This document shows positions 19,936 to 28,966 of a stretch of DNA of 64,000 nt, piece after piece. This stretch comes from an uncultured virus (IMG/VR IMGVR_UViG_3300030102_004953) (lineage: Duplodnaviria > Heunggongvirae > Uroviricota > Caudoviricetes). Made by a program: the position numbers and the translations under genes. The notes beneath the pieces were generated by a model, which was given only the letters and a program-made list of their open reading frames with translations, was not told where the DNA came from and ran no database searches. The stretch's first letter is position 1. The number at the start of each line of letters is the position of its first letter. The stretch is from IMG/VR virus record IMGVR_UViG_3300030102_004953. One strand, given 5' to 3'.

Positions 19936-20420
19936 TAGATACTCCTAACTCTCTCAATTTGTAACTGTGTTCTTCTCACTAAGAATGTTATGGCTTGAAT
20001 ACCAAACTTTGCATCATCTCTACCACCAACCATCTGAGAATCATTTAAACTCTGTATTTCCCAATAGTTGTCAAACCAATCTATTATATCACCTGGTTCT
20101 AATACAAAACTAATTTCTGTTAATGATTTTCTCAAAAAGTTAAAAGTAGCATTTGTTTTTTTATCAGGTCCATATTCACTATTAAAAGTTTCAGCAGGAT
20201 CTTGTGCAACTAATGCAGCTAACTTAACGCCTGGTTTATAAAACTTACCACTAGCAGCTTCACCATACATATTTACTTTTGTATCTTGTTCAGATACTTT
20301 GTAAACATATACAATAGAATTAACTATACCATCTTGGTCTGTATATGGATTTCCAATTAGCTCTTTATTAAACTCTTGGAATCTCTCTACATCTCTATCA
20401 TTAAAAAATCTTCCAGCCAT
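19935..20420 (-). CDS. Neck/head-closure protein (T4 gp14-like)
   Basis: NMYGEA..K.Y, F.FLR..L, EPGDII.W...YWEI; synteny. Confidence 0.55.
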   Translation of the reverse strand: MAGRFFNDRDVERFQEFNKELIGNPYTDQDGIVNSIVYVYKVSEQDTKVNMYGEAASGKFYKPGVKLAALVAQDPAETFNSEYGPDKKTNATFNFLRKSLTEISFVLEPGDIIDWFDNYWEIQSLNDSQMVGGRDDAKFGIQAITFLVRRTQLQIERVRSI

Positions 20421-20424
20421 ATTA

Positions 20425-21591
20425 TTAACCTATGTAAATTGGAAGTGGAACTTTAGTTAGTTTTTCTTGTAATAACGTAGCACTATCTCTATCTGCTTCA
20501 GTTAGGTTTCGTTGACTTGTTTTTTCTAACATTTCTCTAAGTTGTGATACTAAACCCTCTTTTTCAGCAGCTGCCTCGTTTCTTAAAGTATCTCCATCCA
20601 TTTGAGTTTCACCATTTGGTATAGGTAAGTTTTGGTATTTACTTCTTACTAACCCTAAACTCTCTTTACATAAAGCTAATGCATATTTTCTTATCCATTG
20701 TTTACCCACATCATTAATTTGTTTATAGACAATATTATCATATGGTGCATTTGAAAAATCTGATATCTCATCTGCTACTGAAGCACTATAGTAATTCTTA
20801 GTTACTGAATCTCTATCACTAATTCTTAGGTAATCAAAGTGTAATGTAAACTCATCGGTAGGTATAGGAAATATTCTCATTTGATTATTCATCATTTGGA
20901 ATGAATAAGCAGATTTTCTAATCTGGTCATTTAATTCTATAGCCTGTACTCTTAGTATATCTTCATATATTGGCATCAAAGTGTAGGTTACTGCAGGTGA
21001 GTAAGTGCCAAATCCAAATCCATCTAATAAATTGTGAGTTCCCATACCTGTAGATGCGTATGGGTCAAAAAATCTTCTTATTGCAGGTGTTTGTGAATGA
21101 TATATTCTTTTTATTTGTATAGCACCACTTTCACTAACATCGGTAAATAATTTATCAAAGTCATATACTTGGCTACCACTTGTTATTTGTATTGAACCAG
21201 TCTTAAAACTTGTCAAACCACCCACACCAGCTGCTGTACCATATTCTTCTGCTAATCGTATGGTTCTTCCCATAGTTGGTGTAATATTCTTTTGTGATAG
21301 ATTAGAACCTGTACTTTGTCCTTTTAACGATAATAAATTATCTGTAATATTAAACTGATTAACTTGTGCTGAATACTCTGTAACTGCTTCTTCAAAGTTA
21401 GCATAAAAACTACCTGAAGTTAATTCTACAGCGACAATCGGATATCCTAATCTTTTAGCTGCCCATTCTGCAAATCTATCCACAGAATTAGCGCTTGAGC
21501 CTGAAAATTCTGTATCTGAATCATAAAATCCGTAAGGTGTTTGACCTGATGCGAATGAACTACTTCCGGGCCAGATTGGTTCTGCTGCCAT
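20425..21591 (-). CDS. Neck/adaptor protein (T4 gp13-like)
   Basis: RLGYPIVAVEL, WIRKYALALCKE.LG.VRSKY...P.P.G...DG; directly downstream of the MCP. Confidence 0.75.
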   Translation of the reverse strand: MAAEPIWPGSSSFASGQTPYGFYDSDTEFSGSSANSVDRFAEWAAKRLGYPIVAVELTSGSFYANFEEAVTEYSAQVNQFNITDNLLSLKGQSTGSNLSQKNITPTMGRTIRLAEEYGTAAGVGGLTSFKTGSIQITSGSQVYDFDKLFTDVSESGAIQIKRIYHSQTPAIRRFFDPYASTGMGTHNLLDGFGFGTYSPAVTYTLMPIYEDILRVQAIELNDQIRKSAYSFQMMNNQMRIFPIPTDEFTLHFDYLRISDRDSVTKNYYSASVADEISDFSNAPYDNIVYKQINDVGKQWIRKYALALCKESLGLVRSKYQNLPIPNGETQMDGDTLRNEAAAEKEGLVSQLREMLEKTSQRNLTEADRDSATLLQEKLTKVPLPIYIG

Positions 21592-21645
21592 AATAAATCT
21601 CCAAAATTTGATATTTTAACTCATTAATAAATATCATCGCCAACC

Positions 21646-21675
21646 AAAAAAGGGGAAACCGAAGTTTCCCCTTTT
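21646..21675 (-). terminator. Rho-independent terminator after the major capsid gene
   Basis: Minus strand AAAAGGGGAAAC-UUCG-GUUUCCCC-UUUUUU; C(UUCG)G tetraloop; U-tracts available in both orientations. Confidence 0.9.
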
Positions 21676-21702
21676 AAGTTAACTTAACTTAGTTTAAATT
21701 AA

Positions 21703-23331
21703 TTAAACGTAGTTAACGTCAGCAACAATGATTTTACCGTAGAATTCACTACGAACCATTTTCTTAGCGTAACGAGTCATAACACCTTTACGTGGTGTAA
21801 AGTTCTTAGGATCGTATACTAATGGTGTCATTATTAATGGTACGTATGGAGCGTAAACAGCACCTGTTTCTAAGAAGTTAGATCCTCTAAATCCAACAAG
21901 GATTTGGTTCTCTAACATATAAGGGTTCTTATAAACAGTAAATCTGTTATTGATTTGTCCAACTCTCTGTACACCCATTGCGTAGGATGCAGTAGAAGCA
22001 TCACCATCAGCTGAGCTAGCATATCCAGGAATTGATTCTAAGATTGTAGCTGTCTCAGGAGAAACAACTATGAAGTTTGCACCACCTCTTAGAGTCTTTT
22101 GATGAATTGCGTTAGATACTGCTTGTATCTTGTTTCCAAGTGTTTGGAACCACTCGCCTTTAGTGTATGCGTTGGAAGCGCCACTTGATTCAGCAAATGA
22201 ACCTACGCCGTCATACTCATATCCAACTCTTGCTGACCATCTTTCAGTCTTAGCAGATGCATTTGCAAATAACATATCAAGGATTTCTAAGTCGATTTCC
22301 ATTGAGATGTACTCACTTAACATAGAAGTCAATTCTGCTTCAGCGTCAACTGAATGATAAGCGTTAAGATCCTGAGCAAGCTCTGGAGTCCAAACAGCTT
22401 TTAACTTACGTGTTTTTGCAATTATTGGAATACTCTTTAAGCTAATATCAACTTCTGGTATGTCGATGTCAGCTTCAGGATTTGCGTCAACTGCACCTGC
22501 ACTAGCTTCAAACTCAGTACGTGAGTAGTTTGTTGTTGATTGCTTGTGGAACTTAATTCCAACGCCGTTAGCAGCGTTGAAAGTACCAGAAGCAATAAAA
22601 CGAACTTCACTGTCATCAGCTGATGCTGAGGTGTATGCTGGGTAGAATGCGGTTACGCCAGAACCAGAAAGTTCGAATGCACGAACTCCATTAAGATCTG
22701 CACTTGATAAGTCAGCTGCTCTAACGTGAACGTTAACAAGCCCTGATACAATAGAAGCGGATAGATCTGGTTCATAATTAACATCTTTCCAAACTGCGGA
22801 AGATGTTGTGTATTTATTAGCACTAAGTGATGCTGCAATTGTAAGCACACTTGAGCTAAAGTCATTGATGGAATATCCAAAACGACCTGCACCATACAAA
22901 CCGCCAGATGCATCGCCAGAAGATGATGTATCACCAAAGATATCAGCATTCTCTGTATGCAAACCTGTAGCTTGTGCTGAGCCGTACTTGAAGTCCAAGT
23001 AGAAAATAAGACCAGATGGTAAGTTCATTGGCTGAACAGAAACGAATTCCTGTGCTGCTAATTCACCAAAGATTCTACGAACCAAAGGTAGAGCAACTCC
23101 GCTCCACTCTTCAGAATTTGCAGAAGTACCAGTCTGAGAAGATTCATCAATTAATTGACGAGCCTGATTCTCAAGAAGAACTGCCATACCGTGTGTCTTT
23201 GTTTCATTACCAATACCTTCTAAAAGACCGGTTGGTTCCCATTTTTCTACCAACTTACGTGTTTGCTCTAAAAGCGCACGTTGTGGATTATATCCATCCA
23301 TAATTTCAGATAATTGTTCGAATTTTGGCAT
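21703..23331 (-). CDS. Major capsid protein (T4 gp23-like)
   Basis: LLENQ, LPLVRR, VSVQPM..PSGLIF, KTRKLKA.WTPELAQDL.AYH..DAEAEL, YAPYVPL, FTP.KGVMTRY. Confidence 0.97.
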   Translation of the reverse strand: MPKFEQLSEIMDGYNPQRALLEQTRKLVEKWEPTGLLEGIGNETKTHGMAVLLENQARQLIDESSQTGTSANSEEWSGVALPLVRRIFGELAAQEFVSVQPMNLPSGLIFYLDFKYGSAQATGLHTENADIFGDTSSSGDASGGLYGAGRFGYSINDFSSSVLTIAASLSANKYTTSSAVWKDVNYEPDLSASIVSGLVNVHVRAADLSSADLNGVRAFELSGSGVTAFYPAYTSASADDSEVRFIASGTFNAANGVGIKFHKQSTTNYSRTEFEASAGAVDANPEADIDIPEVDISLKSIPIIAKTRKLKAVWTPELAQDLNAYHSVDAEAELTSMLSEYISMEIDLEILDMLFANASAKTERWSARVGYEYDGVGSFAESSGASNAYTKGEWFQTLGNKIQAVSNAIHQKTLRGGANFIVVSPETATILESIPGYASSADGDASTASYAMGVQRVGQINNRFTVYKNPYMLENQILVGFRGSNFLETGAVYAPYVPLIMTPLVYDPKNFTPRKGVMTRYAKKMVRSEFYGKIIVADVNYV

Positions 23332-23362
23332 TATATTTTCCTTATTTCTTTCAATTTATCCA

Positions 23363-24529
23363 TTAAAGGATGTTAGCTAATTTCTTAAATCGGTTACGCA
23401 TCTCACTGCCTTCAGTAATTACTTCCTCTGTTTTTTCAGATTTGGTGCTTGCTGTTGCTTTTGATGCAGAACCCTTCACTTTGACTGATTCATTTACTAC
23501 TTCGTTCTTAGAACCAAAAGATTCTGCTAATGTTGAGTAAACCAACTTAACTTCTCTAATATTCTTTGCACGATCAAATGTTTCAATCACTTTAACTTTT
23601 TGTGCCTCGCTTAAGCCATAAGCACGGAAGAGTTTGTTTGTGAATAAAAGTTTTGCGTTAAGCATATTAACTTCAGAAAGTTCACCTCTTAATACTTCTA
23701 CAGTATCACGGTATTCTTTCAATTCAGCTTCTAATGCTTCAACTTTATTTTCTTCTTCTTCAACTTCATTCTCTTCTTCGAGTGATTTAAGGATTTCTTC
23801 TAAGTCGATTTCTTCATCAACTTCCTCTTCCTCTTCACCTTCAGTCATTTTACCTTTACCAGCTTTGCCAATATCGGTTGAACTACCTGATTTTTTGTCG
23901 TGAGCGTTGTCGCCTTTGCCGATTCCTGAGGAAACATCATTTTCATCAACTGTTTCTTCCTCTTCGTCGCCCTCTGCAACAGGCTCTTCATCTGCAGGTT
24001 CGTCATCTTCTTCAAGTTCAGATTCGAGTTCCTTAATTACAGCTTCTAGATCTAACTCCTCATCCATTTCATCTTCGTCGTCTTTTTCATCTTCCATCTC
24101 TTCTTCATCTTCATCTTTCATTTTCATTTCATCGACTTCGACTTCATCAACTACAGGAGCATACTTTACACCATCAATCTCGATAATTTCAGATTCATCA
24201 ACTTCTTCTTCTTCATCTTCATCTTTCATTCTCATCTCATCCATATCGTCATCTTCTTTAGAATCTTCGTCAGATGGATCTTCATCGGCATCTTTCATTC
24301 TCATCTCATCCATATCTTCATCTTCATCATCTTTCTTCATTTTCATTTCTTCAACTTCGTCATCTTCAGTTACTTCTTCTTCACCATCGATTTCTGATTG
24401 AAGTTTCTTAGAAAGCATAGACTGTATAGTAGGTGTGAAAGCTTCTTCTAATGCTAATTTAGCATTTTCTATTGCTGTTTCACGGACTGCTTTAGCGTCT
24501 GCGATGGCTTCTTTCAATAAGTCATCCAT
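23363..24529 (-). CDS. Prohead scaffolding/core protein
   Basis: Very acidic, coiled-coil, repeated DEMKMKDEDEE units, directly upstream of the MCP. Confidence 0.8.
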   Translation of the reverse strand: MDDLLKEAIADAKAVRETAIENAKLALEEAFTPTIQSMLSKKLQSEIDGEEEVTEDDEVEEMKMKKDDEDEDMDEMRMKDADEDPSDEDSKEDDDMDEMRMKDEDEEEEVDESEIIEIDGVKYAPVVDEVEVDEMKMKDEDEEEMEDEKDDEDEMDEELDLEAVIKELESELEEDDEPADEEPVAEGDEEEETVDENDVSSGIGKGDNAHDKKSGSSTDIGKAGKGKMTEGEEEEEVDEEIDLEEILKSLEEENEVEEEENKVEALEAELKEYRDTVEVLRGELSEVNMLNAKLLFTNKLFRAYGLSEAQKVKVIETFDRAKNIREVKLVYSTLAESFGSKNEVVNESVKVKGSASKATASTKSEKTEEVITEGSEMRNRFKKLANIL

Positions 24530-24646
24530 TACTAAATCTCCATTTAGGATTCAATATAGTTATTTTGAACTATAATATGATTAAGTTTAAAGCGGAACAT
24601 CGTATGTCGGTAGAATTACCCACGATGTATTTTTACTTTTCTTACA

Positions 24647-24654
24647 TATAAATA
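24647..24654 (-). promoter_or_regulatory. Putative late promoter motif ATATTTATW upstream of scaffold/MCP
   Basis: Same motif recurs upstream of many minus-strand genes. Confidence 0.6.
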
Positions 24655-24672
24655 TATATAAAGTAAAAAATA

Positions 24673-24861
24673 TCAGTTGTTTTGAGAATTTTTTTTCATT
24701 CTCAATTTTGCTTTCAAACGTTTTTTTCTTTTTGTTATAGATGGTTTTTCATAGAACCGTCTGTCTTGTAACTCTAAAAGTATTTTAGAATCTTTTACTT
24801 TTCGTTTGAACTGACTTATAGCCTTTTCTATATTATTTTTACGAACCTTTACTTCTATCAA
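24673..24861 (-). CDS. rpsU: Ribosomal protein bS21 (phage-encoded)
   Basis: V.V..NNIEKAI.QFKRKV....IL.EL..RRFYEKPS..KRKK signature; TTG start with GAGG SD. Confidence 0.92.
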   Translation of the reverse strand: MIEVKVRKNNIEKAISQFKRKVKDSKILLELQDRRFYEKPSITKRKKRLKAKLRMKKNSQNN

Positions 24862-24869
24862 GTTAACCT

Positions 24870-25442
24870 CTACTTATCTTTACGAGCTGCTATAGCTTTT
24901 GCTATTGCTTTTCTTCTTTTTGCTAGATACTCATCTGAATCATCTTTATCACCATCGTTATCAATATCACCATCTTCTTTACCAACTGGATCCATAGCTT
25001 CACCTAATTCAAAGTATCTTCCAAGAATGTTACCCATATCCTCATATAATACAGCCATTCTTTCTTTTAGTTGTTGTGCTTCACCAGCTATCTTACCAAA
25101 TTGTTTGGAAAAGCCAGTTAATTCTTTCATATTACGATTTACTGTAATCTTATCAAAATTCTCATCAGCTTCAGTAAGAGCATATTGTTTAGCATATTCT
25201 GCTAATTCAGAAAGTCCTTTAGCTACTTCTCTCAAATCATTCTCACCAAAAATGGTTTTTCTATAGTTACCAAATGTGGATAACTTTTCTGTTAACTCAG
25301 ATGCAGATACGTTTGTTTCTTCTTCATCCATACTTTCTTGCTTAATAAGTTTTGATAACTGAATACCATTCCCTATTGGCTTCTCAGTAACAACACCACC
25401 TATTGTTGCAAATTCTTTGATAATATCTTTCATTTTAACCAT
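24870..25442 (-). CDS. Hypothetical head-region protein with a C-terminal EF-hand-like loop
   Basis: Probable start MVKMKDIIKE; DGDIDNDGDKDDSD.YL..RRKAI near the C-terminus. Confidence 0.6.
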   Translation of the reverse strand: MVKMKDIIKEFATIGGVVTEKPIGNGIQLSKLIKQESMDEEETNVSASELTEKLSTFGNYRKTIFGENDLREVAKGLSELAEYAKQYALTEADENFDKITVNRNMKELTGFSKQFGKIAGEAQQLKERMAVLYEDMGNILGRYFELGEAMDPVGKEDGDIDNDGDKDDSDEYLAKRRKAIAKAIAARKDK

Positions 25443-25452
25443 TATTGGCTCC

Positions 25453-25797
25453 TTACTTTCTAAGTTTTCCTCGTTTAGAGTATCTTCTGAAACCATCTCT
25501 TACTCGGTTCCATAAAGCCCTCATTAAATCTTTTTGTCCTGTACCAGTATCTCTAACTGGACCTGACATAATTGCTCTTTGTAAATCCATAGCATCGTAC
25601 TTACCAGCTTTTACACCATCCATCATCATTTTTACAGTTTGTGCTGATGCTTTACCAATCATCTTTCCCATCTTCATAACATCTTGTTCAACCATTTTCT
25701 TTGCTTCTGGCGAACTAAATGGTAATTGTGATGGTGAACTAAAAGGTGCTTCATCAACCATATTTTCCATTAGTCTTTTATAAATAGATTTTTTCAT
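25453..25797 (-). CDS. Hypothetical protein
   Basis: 114-aa ORF in the head operon. Confidence 0.6.
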   Translation of the reverse strand: MKKSIYKRLMENMVDEAPFSSPSQLPFSSPEAKKMVEQDVMKMGKMIGKASAQTVKMMMDGVKAGKYDAMDLQRAIMSGPVRDTGTGQKDLMRALWNRVRDGFRRYSKRGKLRK

Positions 25798-26162
25798 TAT
25801 CTTCTTAGTCCTAATGATTTTCTAAGTCTTAATGACTTCATTCTTTTTCTTAAAATTCTTTTACCTTTTGCTTTTCTTTTTATAGCAGCTCTTCTCTGCC
25901 CCCTTTTCTTTCTAACTCTTTCACCTGTACTTACCATCACACAAGCTTTTTTGGATGGACTATACTTCATACGAGGTGGACAAAAGGCTTTTAACTTAAC
26001 CCTACGATTTCGTATTACTCTACGTTTTCTTAGTTCAGTTAGAAAAGCTAATGCAATTTCATCAACTGTTTTTGAATTCTCCCACATTTCATCTTCAACT
26101 AAGTCAAAGAATCCATTCCTATCAGCGTATTCTATTAAACCATATATCTCGGTTAGTTTCAT
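25797..26162 (-). CDS. Basic prohead core protein (T4 gp68-like)
   Basis: Acidic N-terminus and very basic C-terminus ending RKRMKSLRLRKSLGL, resembling the T4 gp68 C-terminus; near the protease gene. Confidence 0.5.
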   Translation of the reverse strand: MKLTEIYGLIEYADRNGFFDLVEDEMWENSKTVDEIALAFLTELRKRRVIRNRRVKLKAFCPPRMKYSPSKKACVMVSTGERVRKKRGQRRAAIKRKAKGKRILRKRMKSLRLRKSLGLRR

Positions 26163-26166
26163 TAAA

Positions 26167-26466
26167 TTAACTTACCTTTGGATTTTTCTTTAATACGTAA
26201 ACCACTTTGTTGTTAGTAGCCATATGTTTTGGTGCAAATTCATATAATTGATTTTGTTGAAGTTTAGATATATCTATTCTTCCACCATCCCATAAATCTA
26301 TATGTCCTGTAGTACCTGATTCAGCAACAATAACACCACCCATTCCAAAGTCGGAACCTGTGAAACTAGCACTTGTATTACTAACTTGAATTACTCTAGT
26401 CCATTTGCCAGGAACTCCAAATTTTTGAGCCTGGTTATAATCGGTTGGGTGATCGTTCATTCCCAT
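26167..26466 (-). CDS. Small putative virion (decoration-type) protein
   Basis: 99 aa, beta-rich, TSASFTGS motif, AGGAG SD. Confidence 0.5.
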   Translation of the reverse strand: MGMNDHPTDYNQAQKFGVPGKWTRVIQVSNTSASFTGSDFGMGGVIVAESGTTGHIDLWDGGRIDISKLQQNQLYEFAPKHMATNNKVVYVLKKNPKVS

Positions 26467-26475
26467 AATTTACTC

Positions 26476-26754
26476 CTAAGTATTTTTTCTTTTCCAGTCA
26501 GCTAATTTGACTTTCATTTCAATCACATATTTTTTATAAAAACGCTGTAGCTCTAATACTTGTCTTTTGTAATCAGCATCTTTATCTTTTGCTAAATCTT
26601 TCATAAGAGTTTTCATATTTCTATCAACTCTATCCATAGCACTTTCAATAGTTTTAAAGTAATTATCATATCCAGCAAAACCCATCTTTATCTTTCCTTC
26701 AGATAATCTAAAATTTCTCCACTTAGTCCACATTTCTTTTGTGTATTCTGGCAT
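26476..26754 (-). CDS. Hypothetical protein
   Basis: 92-aa ORF coupled to the protease gene. Confidence 0.6.
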   Translation of the reverse strand: MPEYTKEMWTKWRNFRLSEGKIKMGFAGYDNYFKTIESAMDRVDRNMKTLMKDLAKDKDADYKRQVLELQRFYKKYVIEMKVKLADWKRKNT

Positions 26755-27371
26755 TATTCTTCTCTCATTATCTGATTAATAACGTGTTCTACTTTACAAT
26801 AATCTCCACAAGTTCTACCTTGTGTCTTATCTACTGATTCATTCATTGGATACATAAATGCACCGTGTGTAGATGGATTAGATACGAAATCAAAAGCGAT
26901 GAGTTCAAAATCTTTTTGAACTTCCTGTGCCTCTTTACCACTATCTTCAGTTACAGTCTCTACTGAACCAACACCTCTTGATGAAATACCTAACTTGATA
27001 CCATTTTTAAATAACTCTCTTAAAATATTACCACTTGGTGTTGTTAAAATTTCTACTTCACCTATTAAATCGTTTCCTCTCCAATTCATATCAGTAATAT
27101 TATGTGAAACGTTAGCAAGGTTTACTACTGAACTATCTGGATGGTCAAGTTCACCCATAGCTCTCTTTTCTTTTACAAAATTCTTTGAATACTCGTTAGC
27201 TTCTCTAACTAATATTTCTTTAGGATAAACTCTACCATTTTGGTTTTTAGCTTCTGCTCTTTGTAATACACCACGTACAACTAACTTTCCGTTGTTCTCT
27301 TTTACAGATTCAGTTATCTGTTCAGGCGTTACTTCAAAAGGTAGATAATCTACTATAAGTTGTTTATTCAT
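26754..27371 (-). CDS. Prohead core protease (T4 gp21-like)
   Basis: GVLQRAEAKNQNGRVYP, GELDHP, VSHNI, TPSG.IL, LGISSRG.GS, FDFVSNPS. Confidence 0.95.
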   Translation of the reverse strand: MNKQLIVDYLPFEVTPEQITESVKENNGKLVVRGVLQRAEAKNQNGRVYPKEILVREANEYSKNFVKEKRAMGELDHPDSSVVNLANVSHNITDMNWRGNDLIGEVEILTTPSGNILRELFKNGIKLGISSRGVGSVETVTEDSGKEAQEVQKDFELIAFDFVSNPSTHGAFMYPMNESVDKTQGRTCGDYCKVEHVINQIMREE

Positions 27372-27372
27372 A

Positions 27373-27618
27373 CTATTTCACTTTCTTATAAATACGTTCA
27401 ACCTCTTTCATAAAAGAAGTTATATTCTTTTTATACATTCTACCTATCTCTTTTGAAAGTTGTACGTTAGTTGGATTAGAATCTTTTAATATTGCTTGTT
27501 GCATATCAAACATAGATTTTCTTAATCCAGCTTCTTTTTTCATCAGTTTCATCTTAGAAGCTTTAACAGCCTTTTTATCGAGAGGTGATTCTACTAAAAA
27601 ATCTTTTAGCTTTATCAT
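27373..27618 (-). CDS. Hypothetical, probable internal head protein
   Basis: MIKLKDFLVE leader. Confidence 0.6.
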   Translation of the reverse strand: MIKLKDFLVESPLDKKAVKASKMKLMKKEAGLRKSMFDMQQAILKDSNPTNVQLSKEIGRMYKKNITSFMKEVERIYKKVK

Positions 27619-28052
27619 TGTAATTTACCGATTTTGTTAGATAGTCTAACTAATCTTTCTGCTATTTTACCTAAAGCCTTATGTGTATTTTTCCAATATG
27701 AACTTGAGTCTACTTTTAATTCACTTTTTAGTCTAACAGCCATATCGATTTGTTTACTTAAATTTTTCAATGTGTAATTTACTTCACGCATTGATTTACC
27801 AATTTTTTGTCTTGGTGTGAACTCTTCATTATTTCTCCAGTCGTGGTATCTACCCTCATTTATATCCTCAGATACATAACCACTACCACTAGCTATTTGC
27901 TTTCTTCTATCCAATGGAACACCATCCTTAGTACCTTTACCACTAAAGGCTCTTGGTGTCATATAGCCTGGCGTAGCTGAAGAAGTTGATACCTCTTCAA
28001 GTTCTTGTCTTATTAGTTCTTTAAGAAGTTCTATTAGTTCACTTTTTTTCAT
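27615..28052 (-). CDS. Hypothetical head-region protein
   Basis: 145 aa; MKKSEL.ELLKELI..EL.E leader, PGYMTPRAF motif. Confidence 0.6.
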   Translation of the reverse strand: MKKSELIELLKELIRQELEEVSTSSATPGYMTPRAFSGKGTKDGVPLDRRKQIASGSGYVSEDINEGRYHDWRNNEEFTPRQKIGKSMREVNYTLKNLSKQIDMAVRLKSELKVDSSSYWKNTHKALGKIAERLVRLSNKIGKLQ

Positions 28053-28914
28053 TAACTTTTCCTAATTCAGTTACTAAATCATAATAACGTAAAACAGAAG
28101 TAAGTGTTTTCTCTGATACGTGTTTTGTATTCTTGATTTCTTGTATCTTATTGATAGCACCGTGTAACTTAATTCGTGTGATTTCATCGTTAACTTTATT
28201 AACGTGTTTTTCAAGTTTTGCTTCAATAATATCTAATTTATCATTAACAAAAGTTTTTAATTCTTCATTATCAGAAACATTGTAAATATATTTCTTCAAT
28301 ACTTCTTTTTGCTCTGTAGTTAACTTAGAGTATTTTTTATTAAACTTATCAACCAATGTTTTGTAAGCAAGTAATCTAACATCTGTATCACTTTTTGAAA
28401 ATTCACTAAATACTTCATTCTCTTGTACTGGCTTTTTCTTTGGTGATGTTGATATAGTTTCGATTAGAGTAAATTTACTGTTTACCTTTGCAACTGGATT
28501 GAGTATTTTATCAGAAGATACTTCTTCAAATAGATTGTAAACAGAAGCGTAAAATTTATAATTTGGAATTCTTGCGTTAAAAAATTCTTTTGAATCAAAT
28601 GATTCGTTTACTCTTTTAACTAAGTTATATTTTTCTTTACGTAACTTAGAATTAGATAGTTTTTGTCTAGTTTCTAAAACTACGTTAAGTAAATCAGTCG
28701 CCATAGCCTGATTCTTGGTTTTTTTATTTTGTAAGATGTTATATAATTCTAACTCTTTTGATATTTCAGTATCTTTTCCAAAAAATTCTTTAAAGATGTT
28801 AACTGCTTTACTTTTAGTGTTATCATTGAGAACATCGGCAGTTAACTTCCTCGCTAGAAGTTCATACAATATACCAACATTCTTTACTTTGGAATGTTTT
28901 ATTTTATTCATCAC
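28039..28914 (-). CDS. Hypothetical protein between portal and protease
   Basis: 291-aa helical ORF preceded by a tandem promoter-like motif. Confidence 0.7.
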   Translation of the reverse strand: MMNKIKHSKVKNVGILYELLARKLTADVLNDNTKSKAVNIFKEFFGKDTEISKELELYNILQNKKTKNQAMATDLLNVVLETRQKLSNSKLRKEKYNLVKRVNESFDSKEFFNARIPNYKFYASVYNLFEEVSSDKILNPVAKVNSKFTLIETISTSPKKKPVQENEVFSEFSKSDTDVRLLAYKTLVDKFNKKYSKLTTEQKEVLKKYIYNVSDNEELKTFVNDKLDIIEAKLEKHVNKVNDEITRIKLHGAINKIQEIKNTKHVSEKTLTSVLRYYDLVTELGKVNEKK

Positions 28915-28948
28915 ACAAATGCTCCGTGTTATCGTAATTTCTCTTAAC

Positions 28949-28964
28949 TATAAATATATAAATA
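28949..28964 (-). promoter_or_regulatory. Tandem putative late promoter motifs
   Basis: TATTTATA twice in a row on the coding strand, in a short intergenic gap. Confidence 0.6.
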
Positions 28965-28966
28965 CA

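Noticed and set aside
24061..24360. CRISPR-like repeats in the scaffold gene
   Set aside because: In-frame coding repeats (DEMKMKDED); no constant repeat-spacer pattern.
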